NCBI RefSeq assembly: GCF_902713615.1 | Contig: NC_052172.1 | Span: 6,181,337 to 6,245,336 of the forward strand | DNA from: Scyliorhinus canicula | Taxonomy: Eukaryota | Length of the DNA: 64,000 nucleotides | Reading direction: 5' to 3' | Shown: positions 1 to 11,164 of the stretch, in pieces | Numbering within the stretch: position 1 is the stretch's first letter | Layout: each line of letters starts with the position of its first letter | Position numbers and translations under genes: made by a program | Notes under the pieces: generated by a model | What the model was told of the DNA's origin: nothing | The model's input: only the letters and a program-made list of their open reading frames with translations | The model's database searches: none

Positions 1-215
1 GCGTTCTCCTCGTGTCTGTGTGGGTTTCCTCCGGGTGCTCCGGTTTCCTCCCACAAGTCCCGAAAGCCGTGCTGTTAGGTGAATTGAATATTCCGAATTC
101 TTCCTCAGTGTACCCGAACAGACAACGGAATCTAGCGACCAGGGGATGTTCACAGTAACTTCATTGCAGTGTTAATGTAAGCCGACTTGTCACAATAAAG
201 ATCATTGTGATTATA
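1..215 (+). mobile_element. SINE 3' half; related HE1-like copies at about 13545-13830 (+), 15995-16290 (+), 17330-17690 (+), 57225-57540 (+), 58770-59000 (-), 60150-60400 (-)
   Basis: Shared central domain GTGGGTTTCCTCCGGGTGCTCCGGTTTCCTCCCAC. The first and the 16 kb copy share the tail CACAGTAACTT...GCAGTGTTAATGTAAGCC. Confidence 0.8.
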
Positions 216-588
216 AAGAAAATCTGTAATATTTTAGTTGAATCAGGAGCTGACAGCGGACAATTTCCCGGTGCAATATTTAAAATTTTCTCCAGGCCGC
301 TGCTTCATTCGCGGTCCAGTGCAAGAGCCGGAACGAGCGACACTTTCTCACAAATTGAGTCATTGTGATGTTTAATATCTGGGAACTCATTTCCCCAGCG
401 GCTGGGGGAGCAATGTACCGAATTGCGGCCGGTTGTCAGAGAGGATGGGGAGGAGATGTGTTGCAATGGAGCAAGGGAGGAGGCTGCTCAATAATGTGAT
501 CGGTTGGAGGTGGGGGGAGGGTTGGGGACTGTGTCTGAGGGATTGGCAATTCGAGTATTAGTGGGAGGAGCTTAGAGTGAGTGGGGTG

Positions 589-623
589 CAGCTGTCAATC
601 AAAGTGAAAGGCAACTCTATAAA
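589..623 (+). promoter_or_regulatory. Putative V1 promoter core
   Basis: E-box CAGCTG (589-594), TCF/LEF-type ATCAAAG (598-604), AAAGTGAAAG (601-610) and TATAAA (618-623), about 80 bp upstream of the leader ATG. Confidence 0.45.
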
Positions 624-700
624 CGGCGAAAAGTTCCCAAGGGAGCGGCTGTTTGAAATCAAGGTCTGGTCGATTTCTCCCGTGCAAACTGTTAATCAGA

Positions 701-743
701 ATGCATTTAATGCGATTTTTGGTGCCTGCCATTCTGTTGCACA
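701..743 (+). CDS. TRBV: Leader exon of inverted TCR V-beta gene (V1): MHLMRFLVPAILLH + phase-1 base
   Basis: ATG at 701, hydrophobic peptide, GTGAGT donor at 744. A 94-bp phase-1 intron ends at the TTCACAG acceptor (837) and splices in frame to the V exon. Confidence 0.85.
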
Positions 744-837
744 GTGAGTTTCCCTCGGTATTTACTTTTTGGCATTTTGGCTCCGAATTTCAACGGCCCC
801 TGATTTTTAACCCCAGCATTTTCTTCCCAATTCACAG

Positions 838-1133
838 GTGTAGCAGGCGGGACAGTTGATCAAAGTCCAGCTGTCATCTCAGAATCTCAGAATTCCGCCC
901 TCAAAATCCTCTGTTCCGCCAAGGGTTCCTTCAGCTCCGAGTTTACCTGGTACCGCCAGCTGGCAAATGGAGAGCTCTTGTTGCTCTTCTACTCGCCCAA
1001 CACTAACACGGTCGATCCGAATAAGGAGGTGGACGGCTTTATCGCCTCCAGGAGCGACGACTCTACTTTCCACCTGCAGGCGCCCAGCCTGCGAGCGAAC
1101 CACACTGGGGTGTATTACTGTGCCTGGAGACTC
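838..1133 (+). CDS. TRBV: Intact TCR V-beta exon (V1), TRBV30/Trbv31-like, inverted relative to D-J-C
   Basis: Open frame (S)VAGGTVDQSPAVISESQNSALKILCSAKGSFSSEFTWYRQLANGELLLLFYSPNTNTVDPNKEVDGFIASRSDDSTFHLQAPSLRANHTGVYYCAWRL with first Cys, WYRQ and YYC, directly followed by a 23-RSS. The supplied ORF track catches only its second half (978..). Confidence 0.93.
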
Positions 1134-1172
1134 CACAGTGACACGAGGAAGAGGATGAGTGCAACAAAAACC
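1134..1172 (+). other. 23-RSS of V1
   Basis: CACAGTG + 23 nt (acacgaggaagaggatgagtgca) + ACAAAAACC: consensus heptamer and nonamer. Confidence 0.97.
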
Positions 1173-1951
1173 TGGTGCGGCAGAGAAGGGTATTCAGGAC
1201 CGAACCAGTCACTGCGGTGCTGGGTGTTACACTGGGGGGTGGTGGGGGAGGGTACTCTGAAGATTACCTCACCAAATGTGAGAGCCAATGGAGAGGTTAA
1301 GAGAAGTCCCCTCCCTTCCCATGATGCAATATTGAAGGTAGTAATCAATATTGCCAGTTCTAAATCGCACGCTCTGCCCAGAACATTGAGTTATTGAACT
1401 CTCAGTGAATCCATCCAATAAACACAAGGATCCCGAGATGGCTGCATCCCCACTCTCGATTTTGTGCTCATGGCAACGGATAAGGTGGAGCTGGCCTCTG
1501 AGGTGTCAGTGACCGCACTGTAACGGCTCGGGGTGTCCTCCTTTGGGACGTAGCTCCTTACTCTCTTCAATAACACAGCTTGTCAGTGTCTACTCTGGGT
1601 CGCTCTGTTTTGATACCACTCTGTCTTTATCTCTCTATCTCTATCTATCTTTCCATTGATCGCTGTCTGTCTCACTGTCTCCACTTGCCTCTTTCTTTTT
1701 CTCGCTCTTTCTCACTTTTTCCACATTTGCGAATGTGAAGACTACCCACACATTTTCTCTCTCACTGTCTCAGTATCTGTTCCCCTCTCGATCTCTTTGT
1801 CGCCCACACGTTTTTCTTTCTCTCTGCGTCTCCCTGTGACACTCTGTTTCCTTGCCCGTCTCAACCTCTCTTCCCTCTTTTCCCGAACGCTGGTGATGCG
1901 CGTGCAAACTATCCCTGGGTTTATATTTTCCCCTCCTTCACTCTTTTGCAG

Positions 1952-2248
1952 ATGTGGCGCCCGTGCTGATCCAACAGACACCAGCTCACATATCCACTTC
2001 CCGGGAACTCCGGTCAGCATCGATACATTAACACAAAATCAGATGCTGACAACTATTTCTATTGCTATCGATGGCATCCAAATCGTGAGCCTCAGAACCT
2101 TTTCTATTCCACCTACCGCGACATGGTTAATCCTGCCGATGAGGTGGACGGTTTTACTGCCAGCAGGCCCGCCAACACTCACTTTTACCTGAATTCCTTC
2201 GTGCTGCGGGCCACTCACTCGGGCGTGTATTACTGCGCCTGGAGTTTA
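1952..2248 (+). pseudogene. TRBV: TCR V-beta pseudogene (psi-V2), inverted
   Basis: Acceptor TTTTGCAG at 1944-1951. The V sequence is split over three frames: VAPVLIQQTPAHIST / PGTPVSID / YINTKSDADNYFYCYRWHPNREPQNLFYSTYRDMVNPADEVDGFTASRPANTHFYLNSFVLRATHSGVYYCAWSL. This implies two 1-bp deletions (about 1996-2001 and about 2025, the latter at the expected first Cys) and TGC at the conserved Trp. No leader exon was confidently found. Confidence 0.85.
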
Positions 2249-2287
2249 CACAGTGACTCACAGAGATGGAGGAACTCAACAAAACCC
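2249..2287 (+). other. 23-RSS of psi-V2
   Basis: CACAGTG + 23 nt (actcacagagatggaggaactca) + ACAAAACCC, ending exactly at the N gap. Confidence 0.9.
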
Positions 2288-2819
2288 NNNNNNNNNNNNN
2301 NNNNNNNNNNNNNNNNNNNNNNNNNNNNNNNNNNNNNNNNNNNNNNNNNNNNNNNNNNNNNNNNNNNNNNNNNNNNNNNNNNNNNNNNNNNNNNNNNNNN
2401 NNNNNNNNNNNNNNNNNNNNNNNNNNNNNNNNNNNNNNNNNNNNNNNNNNNNNNNNNNNNNNNNNNNNNNNNNNNNNNNNNNNNNNNNNNNNNNNNNNNN
2501 NNNNNNNNNNNNNNNNNNNNNNNNNNNNNNNNNNNNNNNNNNNNNNNNNNNNNNNNNNNNNNNNNNNNNNNNNNNNNNNNNNNNNNNNNNNNNNNNNNNN
2601 NNNNNNNNNNNNNNNNNNNNNNNNNNNNNNNNNNNNNNNNNNNNNNNNNNNNNNNNNNNNNNNNNNNNNNNNNNNNNNNNNNNNNNNNNNNNNNNNNNNN
2701 NNNNNNNNNNNNNNNNNNNNNNNNNNNNNNNNNNNNNNNNNNNNNNNNNNNNNNNNNNNNNNNNNNNNNNNNNNNNNNNNNNNNNNNNNNNNNNNNNNNN
2801 NNNNNNNNNNNNNNNNNNN
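2288..2819. other. Assembly gap (532 N)
   Basis: Run of N. Confidence 1.
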
Positions 2820-3390
2820 GTGAGGTTATGCTGCAACTGTACAGGACCCTGGTGAGACCACATTTGGAGTATTGTGTGCAGTTCTTGTCTCCTCATTATA
2901 GGAAGAATGTGGAAGCATTGGAAAGGGTGCAAAGGAGATTTACCTGGATGCTGCCTGATTGGAGGGTAGGTCTTATGCGGAAAGGTTGAGGGAGGTAGGT
3001 CTTTTCTCATTTGAGCGGAGGAGGATAAGAGGCGACTTAATAGAGGTTGAGAAGATGATGAGGGGGATAGATAGAGTGGACGTTCAGAGGCTATTTCCTC
3101 GGGTGGATGAAGCTGCTACAAGGGGGCATAACTATAAGGTTCGGGTTGGGAGACACAGGAGGGTTGTCCTGAGGTTCTTTACTGAGAGAGTGGTTAGAGT
3201 GTGGAATGGACTGCCTGCCGTAATAGTGGAGTCGGACACTTTAGGAACTTTCAAGTGGTTATTGGATAGGCGCATGGAGCACACCAGAATGACAGGGAAT
3301 GGGATAGCTTGTTCTTGGTTTCGGACAAAGCTCGGCACAACATGGAGGGCCGAAGGGCCTGTTCTGTGCTGTACTGTTGTATGTTCTCTG
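2820..3390 (+). mobile_element. CR1-clade LINE 3' end
   Basis: [16 protein letters not shown] and 3' tail. Confidence 0.9.
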
Positions 3391-4807
3391 ACTTACACCC
3401 CTTCATCCGCACTTTGGTTATGTATGCCCTAATACACTCGCCAGACAAAAATCATAGATCTCACGCTGAACTTTTCAATTGACGTCACCTTCTCTCTCCT
3501 TTTGGGAGGCGAGAAGCCCAGGTTTTCATTTCCTCTTATGTGAACAATGTCTTCCTGACATCACCTCTTTCTGATACTAATTTATGGTCTACTCTGCTTG
3601 CTCTGGACCCTCCTCCCCAACTCCTTTCTGGAATATCAGGTTTTGATCACACCTTCGATACTCAATAGATTATGAATATTGGAAGTCGCTAACAATATTA
3701 AGAGGAATATGTTGTCGTCCATCCCAGGGCAACTCACACATGCCTTTCGTGTGACAATATACATAGTTCCCAACCACCACAGGCAACTCCTGGGAGGCAA
3801 ACACCCAAATAAAATCCCAGGCAAATGTGGGGTTAAGACTCTCATAAATTCTCTCCACTCAGGAGAGGAATTCAGAATAAAAATTCCTCAGGAGACGAAT
3901 CTGTCACAATTATTTTGTAAATTGTAAGTCTCCGTTTCATCCAGAAGCATTTCCTGTGCCTACCGGTAGAATGTCACACTTTTCCAAATTCAGCACCATT
4001 TGCCAGTCAGGTTCAGAGACAACCCGGACATATCAGATCCACCTGCGAGATGGAGCATAGTTTACCGGAATGGCCCTCGCTCTTCTGCAGATTTGCTGAC
4101 TGTCATCCCAACCACTCACACCCAGATCATTGACTGTGTTATGTTACCTCGTTACAATTTTGCTTACCTTTTCAGAAAATGCAAGAACATTTATAAGACA
4201 CGAAGACTTTATATGGAGCCATGTTGTGTACCCTAATAAATCCCCTTCTATCCAAATAATCTTTTACTACATGCTTAATAAGTCTCTCGGGCATCTTTCC
4301 CATTACTGACAGCGCGTTAATGGGATTATATTCATCAGGGTCTGTCTTGCCTCCTTTTTCAATGGTGGGGCCTAAATTGGCCTCTTTCCAGTCTGCAGTG
4401 AAGCAAGCCATAACAAAATGGATCGAGGCACGAACACAACACATCCCCATTTTCCTAAGGCCACGTGTGCACAGCATCCGGAAGGGACGCTCCATCTATT
4501 CTCAGGTTCTTAAGTTTTCTAAAACAATATTTTTATATGTAATTTAACGGTATTCCGTGTGCTCATCGTTATTCATTTCCAACAATCGAACATCATATTC
4601 AAATATGAATGTTAGTGCAAAGTATTGATTGACTACAGCTGATATGCCCTGTGCACACCTTGTAATCTTTTTAAAACAGTCTTCAATTGCTCAGCAGTCT
4701 TTGAGAGTTTTCCCACGAAACCCTTGGTATGTGTCAATAAATTGAAGGTGCATTCGGAGTGCAAGTTGTTCTTGTTCCTTCTCCAAAACTGACATTTCTT
4801 CACTACA

Positions 4808-4821
4808 CCACAGGAGGGCGC
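4808..4821 (+). promoter_or_regulatory. CTCF-like motif
   Basis: CCACAGGAGGGCGC matches CCASYAGRKGGCRS at 12 of 14 positions. Confidence 0.4.
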
Positions 4822-5584
4822 TGTCGTCTAACAAATGACAGCCGTTTTAGTGTATAACACGCACAACTGTCACCGCGCGAGTTCCTTTCCATGCATGAGG
4901 TGTACATCAGTTCAGTTTGTTTTAAGCAATGTAACCACTGGAGGAGCGGAAAGGTAGGAGAGATAAAGAGATGAAATGCGAGAAAACTAGAGAAATAGCT
5001 CGACAGTTATGAAGTAGGGTGGAGGGAGGAGTATAAATGTAGGTAAATGCAAAGGCACATTCAAAAATAGAGAAAGATACATTGCATGAAAAGATGGAAA
5101 TGCAGGAATGATACATATGAGCAAAGACGGAGGGGTGAAGAAATGGAGATAGACACAGTCAGACAGACAAGCAGACAGACAGACAAACTCACTCACACAT
5201 AGAGTGAGATTGTGTACGTGAAGAAAGATTTTTGACTCTTTTATTTAGGGGCTATATCTTACTTTAACGACATACTCACTTGACATAGACTCTCCCAGCA
5301 TCAGAAGAGGCATCGATCTCTGTTTCTTTTCTACCCAACATCGAACGAATGGGCTGAGTCCCTAGATCTGTTCCAAATCTGTCCTGTTTAGCACAATAGC
5401 ACTGCTGGGCAACACGGTTGAGCTTATCCTCAATGTCAAGATGGGTCTACAAACCCACACGACTGTGCAGTGGTCAGTCGTGCCAATAATGTCACTGCCA
5501 TGTTGATCTGCGGCAGGTAGACTGGCGAGGACGAGGTGAAGAGATTCAGCCCATTCTTGTTAGTTCCCTCACCACCTGCCTCAG

Positions 5585-6290
5585 ACAAAGAACACAGAAC
5601 AAAGAACAATACAGCACAGGAACAGGCTCTCCGGCCCTCGAAGCCTGTACCGGTCATGATACCAACCTTGACCAAAACACTCAGCACTTTCTTGTGCCAT
5701 ATCCCTCTATACCCATGCTATCCATGTATTTGTCAAGATACCTTTTGAATGCCGTTAATGTGTCTGCTTCCACTACCTCCCCTGGAATCGCGTTCCAGTC
5801 ACTTACCACCCTCTGTGTAAAAAAAACTGTCTCGCACACCTCTTCTAAACTTTACCCCACGGATCTTAAACGCATGCCCCTGGTGACTGACCCCTCCACT
5901 TTGGGAAAGGGCACCTGGCCACCCACTCTATCCATGAGCCTCATGATATTGTAGACCTCTATCAGGTCACGGCCCAACCTTCGTCGTTCGAATGAAAACA
6001 GCCCGGGTCTATTCAGCCTCACCACGTAGCTAACACCCTCCAGACCAGACAACCACTGGTAGACATCATCTGCACCCTCTCGGAAGCCTCCACATCCTTC
6101 TGTGTGCAATTGTGTGCAAGTGCGTCCTCACCAAGATTCTATACAACTGTAGCATGACTTGCCAGTTTTTATACTCGATGCCCTGTCCAATGAAGGCAAA
6201 CATTGCGTATGATTTATTGACTACCTTGTCCATTTGTGTTGCCACTTTCAAAGGTCTGTGGACCTGCATGCCCAGATTTCTCTGACTCTC
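5585..6290 (-). mobile_element. CR1-clade LINE 3' end
   Basis: YKNWQVMLQLYRILVR and 3' tail. Confidence 0.88.
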
Positions 6291-6701
6291 TGAGCAGTGG
6301 CGATACCAAGCCACTCTTGGTGATGTGCACTGATGTTCCCCAGCCGACGACAATCCTGCTGTCTGAGGAATACAGACAGAGGGATAGGTAGAGGGAAAGT
6401 CAGATGGCGTGTGAGAGAGGCAGACAGAGAGAGAGATAGAGCGAGCGAGAGCGAGAGAGAGGAAAATAATGGAGCGCAACAAGGAAGAAGGACTCTGACA
6501 GACACAGAGAAAGAGACAACAAAGGAAGAGAAAGAATGCGAGACAATGACAGCGACGAGAGGCAGAGTGAGAGACAGGGGAGGGAGAAAGAGAGAGGTCT
6601 AGAGGTATATGGACAATGAGAAAGATGAGTGAACAGAAAACGTGAGTAGGAGAGAGGACGAGAGCTGCTTTAAGAAATAGGTCGAGATCTATATCAATCT
6701 C

Positions 6702-7020
6702 GGGCAGCACGGTAGCACAAGTGGATAACACTGACTTCACAACGCCAGAGTCCCAGGTTCGATTCCCGGCTGAGTCACTGTCTTTGCTGAGTCTGCACGT
6801 TCTCCCCATGTCTGCGTGGGTTTCCTCCGGGTGCTCCGGTTTCCTCCCACGGTCCAAAGACGTACAGGTTAGGTGGATTGGCCATGATAAATTGTCCTTA
6901 GTGACAAAAAAGGTTAGGAGGGGTTAATGGGTTACGGGGGTAGGGTGGAAGTGAGGGCTTAAGTAGGTCGGTGCAGACTCGATTTGTCGAATGGCCTCCT
7001 TCTGCACTGTATGTTCTATA
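6702..7020 (+). mobile_element. HE1-like tRNA-derived SINE with CR1-type tail
   Basis: GGGCAGCACGGTAG head, B-box GGTTCGATTCC, central GGGTTTCCTCCGGGTGCTCCGGTTTCCTCCCAC domain. Confidence 0.88.
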
Positions 7021-8879
7021 TAGATAACGGACAGAAATAGAACCAGAGAAAAATAGAGACCGAGAAATGCAGAAACAATATAAAGTGTAAGTAACCAGAG
7101 AGGTAGCCTCAGGGGAGTCAGAACGAGCGAAAGAGAACGAGAGAGTCCCGGGATTGGAAAAAAAAACATAGAGAGTGAGAGTGTGCTTGTAAGAGAGAGA
7201 GAGAGAAAGAGACACGGAGAGACAGAGAGCTAAATTGCGGAACTGTAATTGATCTAAATTTGATTCTAGAAGTTAAGAGGTGGATTTGTTCATATTGCAA
7301 CATTGTCTTTGTCCCCTCTCCTGTTCTGTCACCGCACTCTTAATAAACCTGCTGCTTTCAAAATTGTATCAAATCCTCTGGTGTTGAATCTGCTTCTTGT
7401 TGAATCTGCTTCCAACATCGTTTCAGACAGCAGGTTCCAGAGCAATAGCGGCTGCATTAAAAATATTTCTTCCCATTTCCTCTGTTATTTAAACCAATTC
7501 ACTTAAATCTGTTCTCACTTGTCAATATTTCTCCAGGTGGAATGCTTCAAAAATATCCATCGTTGGATATTCAATCATTCAATCATTTCCCTTCGTATTT
7601 TTTCTGGGTTCGTCTCAAAAACCTTGGTGAAATGTTTTTTAAAAAACTGAGCTGGGGTCAGAGCTTCAGCAACATAACATTTCGCATCAAATGCTGAAAA
7701 CTATGGGAAATCAGTAGCAGGCAATTGAGACATATCTGTGTCATTAATATACTGGGGTTTCAATTGATTATTAATAGATTTGCAACAAGAATAAATGTGC
7801 ACAGGAACGGGAAACTTCAACAAAACAGTTTCGAACTATTCCCCATGGCATTCAGTGGCAATGCCATGGCCGAATCCCCAACATCAACAACCTCCGGGTT
7901 GCCATTAAACCGGAAACTGAATTGAAATGAAAATTGAAATGAAAAGCTTATTGTCACAAGTAGGCTTCGAATGAAGTTACTGTGAAAAGCCCCTACTCGC
8001 CACATTCCGGCGCCTGTTCGGGGAGGCTGTTACGGGAATTGAACCGTGCTGCTGGCCTGCGTTGGTCTGCTTTCAAAGCCAGCGATTTAGCCCTGTGCTA
8101 AACAGCCCTGAAACAACCATGTAAATACCGTGGCAACAGGAGCAGGCTGATAATTCTGTGCCAAATAATTGAGCTCCCGACTCCCCAAAGATTGTCTACC
8201 ACCCTCAAGGAACAAGTGGTGTTCTGCATGGAGAAGTCCTGGTTGATCAACTGATGGGGGTGGTTATCAGGTGTTGCCCTCGGGATTCTCGACGTGACGA
8301 CTCATGGCAACAGGTCAGATATGGTAAAATACACCTCCTGCTTGATTGGTAAATACTGATCTTCTCGATCACTAACCCCCGCTACCTCCCTCAGCTGATA
8401 AATCAGTACTTTTCCATGTTGTACATAATTTGGAGGAAGCATTGAGGTTGGTAAAGGAACAAAACGTACTCTGTTTGGGGATCCTCAATGTAGCTCACCA
8501 AGAGTGGCTCGGTATCATCTCCACTCGATAGATGGTCGAGTTCTGAAGGGCAGAGTTTCCAGACTGGGTTTGCGACAGATGGTCAGGGAACCAACAAGGG
8601 ACAGGGCGGCGGGGCGCGGGAGGGGGGCTCTTGGCCTCGTCCTCACCAAATTACCTGCGGCACATCCACATGTCCATGACAGTATTGGTACAGTTGTCCG
8701 CTGCACAGTTCTTGTGGAGACAAAGACCTATCTTCACATTGAGGATAACCTCCATCATGTTTTCTGACCAATTACTACCCATATGTCTACTCTCAATCAT
8801 CAGAAAATTTGTGGAAAGTGTTGTCGACAGTGTTATCAAATGGCACTTTACATAGTATTTATAGTGCAGAAAAATGACT

Positions 8880-9905
8880 ATTTTGGACATTGTGGACAAT
8901 TTAGAATGTCCAATTCACCTAATCTGCACATCTTTGAAATGTGGGATAAACCGGAGCACCCGGAGGAAACGCACGCAGAAACGGGGAGAACGTGCAGACT
9001 CTGCACAGACAATGACCCAAGCCGGGTATCGAACCTGGGACCCTGGCCGTGTGAAGCAACAGTGATAACCTGAGTGCTACTATGCTCCCTAATCACTTAT
9101 CAATAACTTGCTTATTGACACTTAGTTTGGTTTCCTTCAGGACCACCCAGCTCCTGACCTCATTACAGCCATGATCCAAACATGGAAAAAAATACTTGAA
9201 CACAACAAGGGAGTTGAGAGTTACTTCTCTTAGTATCAACGCCGGGGAAGCACGCTAAAATAGTGGTTAGCACAATTGCTTCACAGCTTCAGGGTCCCAG
9301 GTTCGATTACCGGCTTGGGTCGCTGTCTGTGCGGTGTCTGCACGTTCTCCCTGTGTGTGCGTGCATTTCCTTCGGGTGCCCCGGTTTCCTCCCACAGTCC
9401 AAAGATGTGCAGGTTAGGTGGGTTGGCCATGGTAAATTGCCCTTAGTGTCCAAAATTGCCCTTAGTATTGGGTGGGGTTACTGGATTATGGGGATAGGGT
9501 GGAGGTGTAGGCTTGACTAGGTACAAGAGCCGGTACAGACTCGATGGGCCGAATGGGCTCCTTCAGCACTTCAAATTTTATGAAATTTTATGAAGGCTAA
9601 TCGGCCCATCGAGACTGCATCGGCCCTTGGAAAGAGCACGCCACAAACTCACACATCTATCCTATCCCAGTAAACCAGTAACCCCACCTACCCACTTTGG
9701 ACATTAAGGGCAATTTAGAATGCCTAATATAGCTAACCTGCACATCTTTGGACTGTGGAGGAAACCGGAGCACCCGGAGGAAACCGGAGCAGACACGGGG
9801 AGAACGTGTAGACTCCGCAGGGATAGTGACCCAAGCCGGGAATCGAACCTGGGACTCTGGTGGTGTGAAGCAACAATGATTACCACTGTGCTACCGTGCC
9901 GCCCC
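8880..9905. mobile_element. Cluster of three HE1-like SINEs (-, +, -)
   Basis: About 8880-9090 (-), 9244-9590 (+), 9600-9903 (-). Confidence 0.85.
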
Positions 9906-11164
9906 CAATCACTTATCAATAACATGCTGATTTACACTTAGTTTGGTTTCCTTCAGGACCACCCAGCTCCTGACCTCATTACAGCCATGATCCAAACATA
10001 GAAAACAATACCTGAACACAACCAGGGAGGTGAGAGTTACTTCCCTTAATATCAAGTTAACATTTGACCGAGCGTGGCATCGTAGAGTAAAACTAGAGTC
10101 AATGGGATTAAGGCCAAAACATCCCACTATTTGGAGACAAATCTGGCACAAAGGATGATAGCTGTGGTCGTTGGAGATCAGTGATCTCAGCCGCAGGATA
10201 TTGCTGTAGGACACCCTCGGGGTATTTCCCGACGCCCAACCACCTTCAGAAACGTCATCAATGACATTACCGACATATGAGGAGAGATTGAGTCGGTTAG
10301 CATTGTATTCGCTGTAGTTTAGAACAATGAGGCTGGAATCTCATAGAAACCTATAAGTTTCTAACGGAACTAGACAGGGTAGATGGAAGAAGGATGCTCC
10401 CAATGGTGAGGGTATACAGAACCAGGGGTCATAGTCTCAGTATATGTGGTTGAGCATTTTGGACTAAGATGGGCGAAGTGCGTTTACCCAGAGACGGGTC
10501 GGCCTCTGGGATTATCTACCATAGAATGCAGCTGAGGCAAAACGTGTATGTTTTCAAGAAGCAGTTAGATATTACTTGTGCAGAAGGGAATCAAATAATA
10601 TGGGGTGATGGCCGGATCAGCTTATTGAGTTGGGTGAGCAGTCTTGATCACAATGAATGGCGGACACGCGCGATGGGCCTAATGCCCCCCCCCCCGTTCA
10701 TATTTTCTATGTTTCTATCATCGAGTCAGAAGTGGTGATCGCTGATGATCCTACAATTTTCAGTAATTTAAGCAGTCTGTACCCGTATGCAGCAAGACCT
10801 GGAAAACATCCAGGCTTTGGCTGATAATTGGCAAATTCCAGACCATCCCCATCAGGTGAGTATCCAACAACCTTACCTTGATTTTCAATGGCATTGTCCA
10901 AAATCAATCCTTCTGGAGTGACCATTGACCAGAGACTGAACAGGAAAAGCCAGAAAAATACTATAGCTGCAAGAGAGGAATAGAAACTGCGGCCACTGGG
11001 TCAGCTCCTGACTCCCGAAAGTCAGTTCCACATCTATAAGGCATAAGTCAGGGATGTGCATGGATATTCTCTACTTGCCTCAATGATCGCACCTCGGAGA
11101 AAAACGAAGCATCTACACCATCCAGTAGAACTCTTGATTGGCACAGAATCCAACACAAAGAGCA

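Noticed and set aside
350-375. TRBV promoter decamer (AGTGAYRTCA)
   Set aside because: The best match, TGTGATGTTT, has only 7 of 10 positions and is far from the TATA.
740-780. CACAGTG at the V1 leader splice donor
   Set aside because: It arises from the CAC-A/GTGAGT donor; no nonamer at 12 or 23 nt.
1430-1500. Possible leader exon for psi-V2 (MAASPLSILCSWQRI)
   Set aside because: Wrong intron phase, weak donor and poor hydrophobicity.
2123-3010. Long ORFs spanning 2123-3010
   Set aside because: Artefacts of the N gap joining the psi-V2 end to a CR1 fragment.
6702-6790. tRNA-like A/B boxes at SINE heads
   Set aside because: They are SINE promoters, not tRNA genes; no full cloverleaf.
6066-6857. 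263-aa minus-strand ORF
   Set aside because: Read-through of SINE, CT-rich simple repeat and CR1 sequence.
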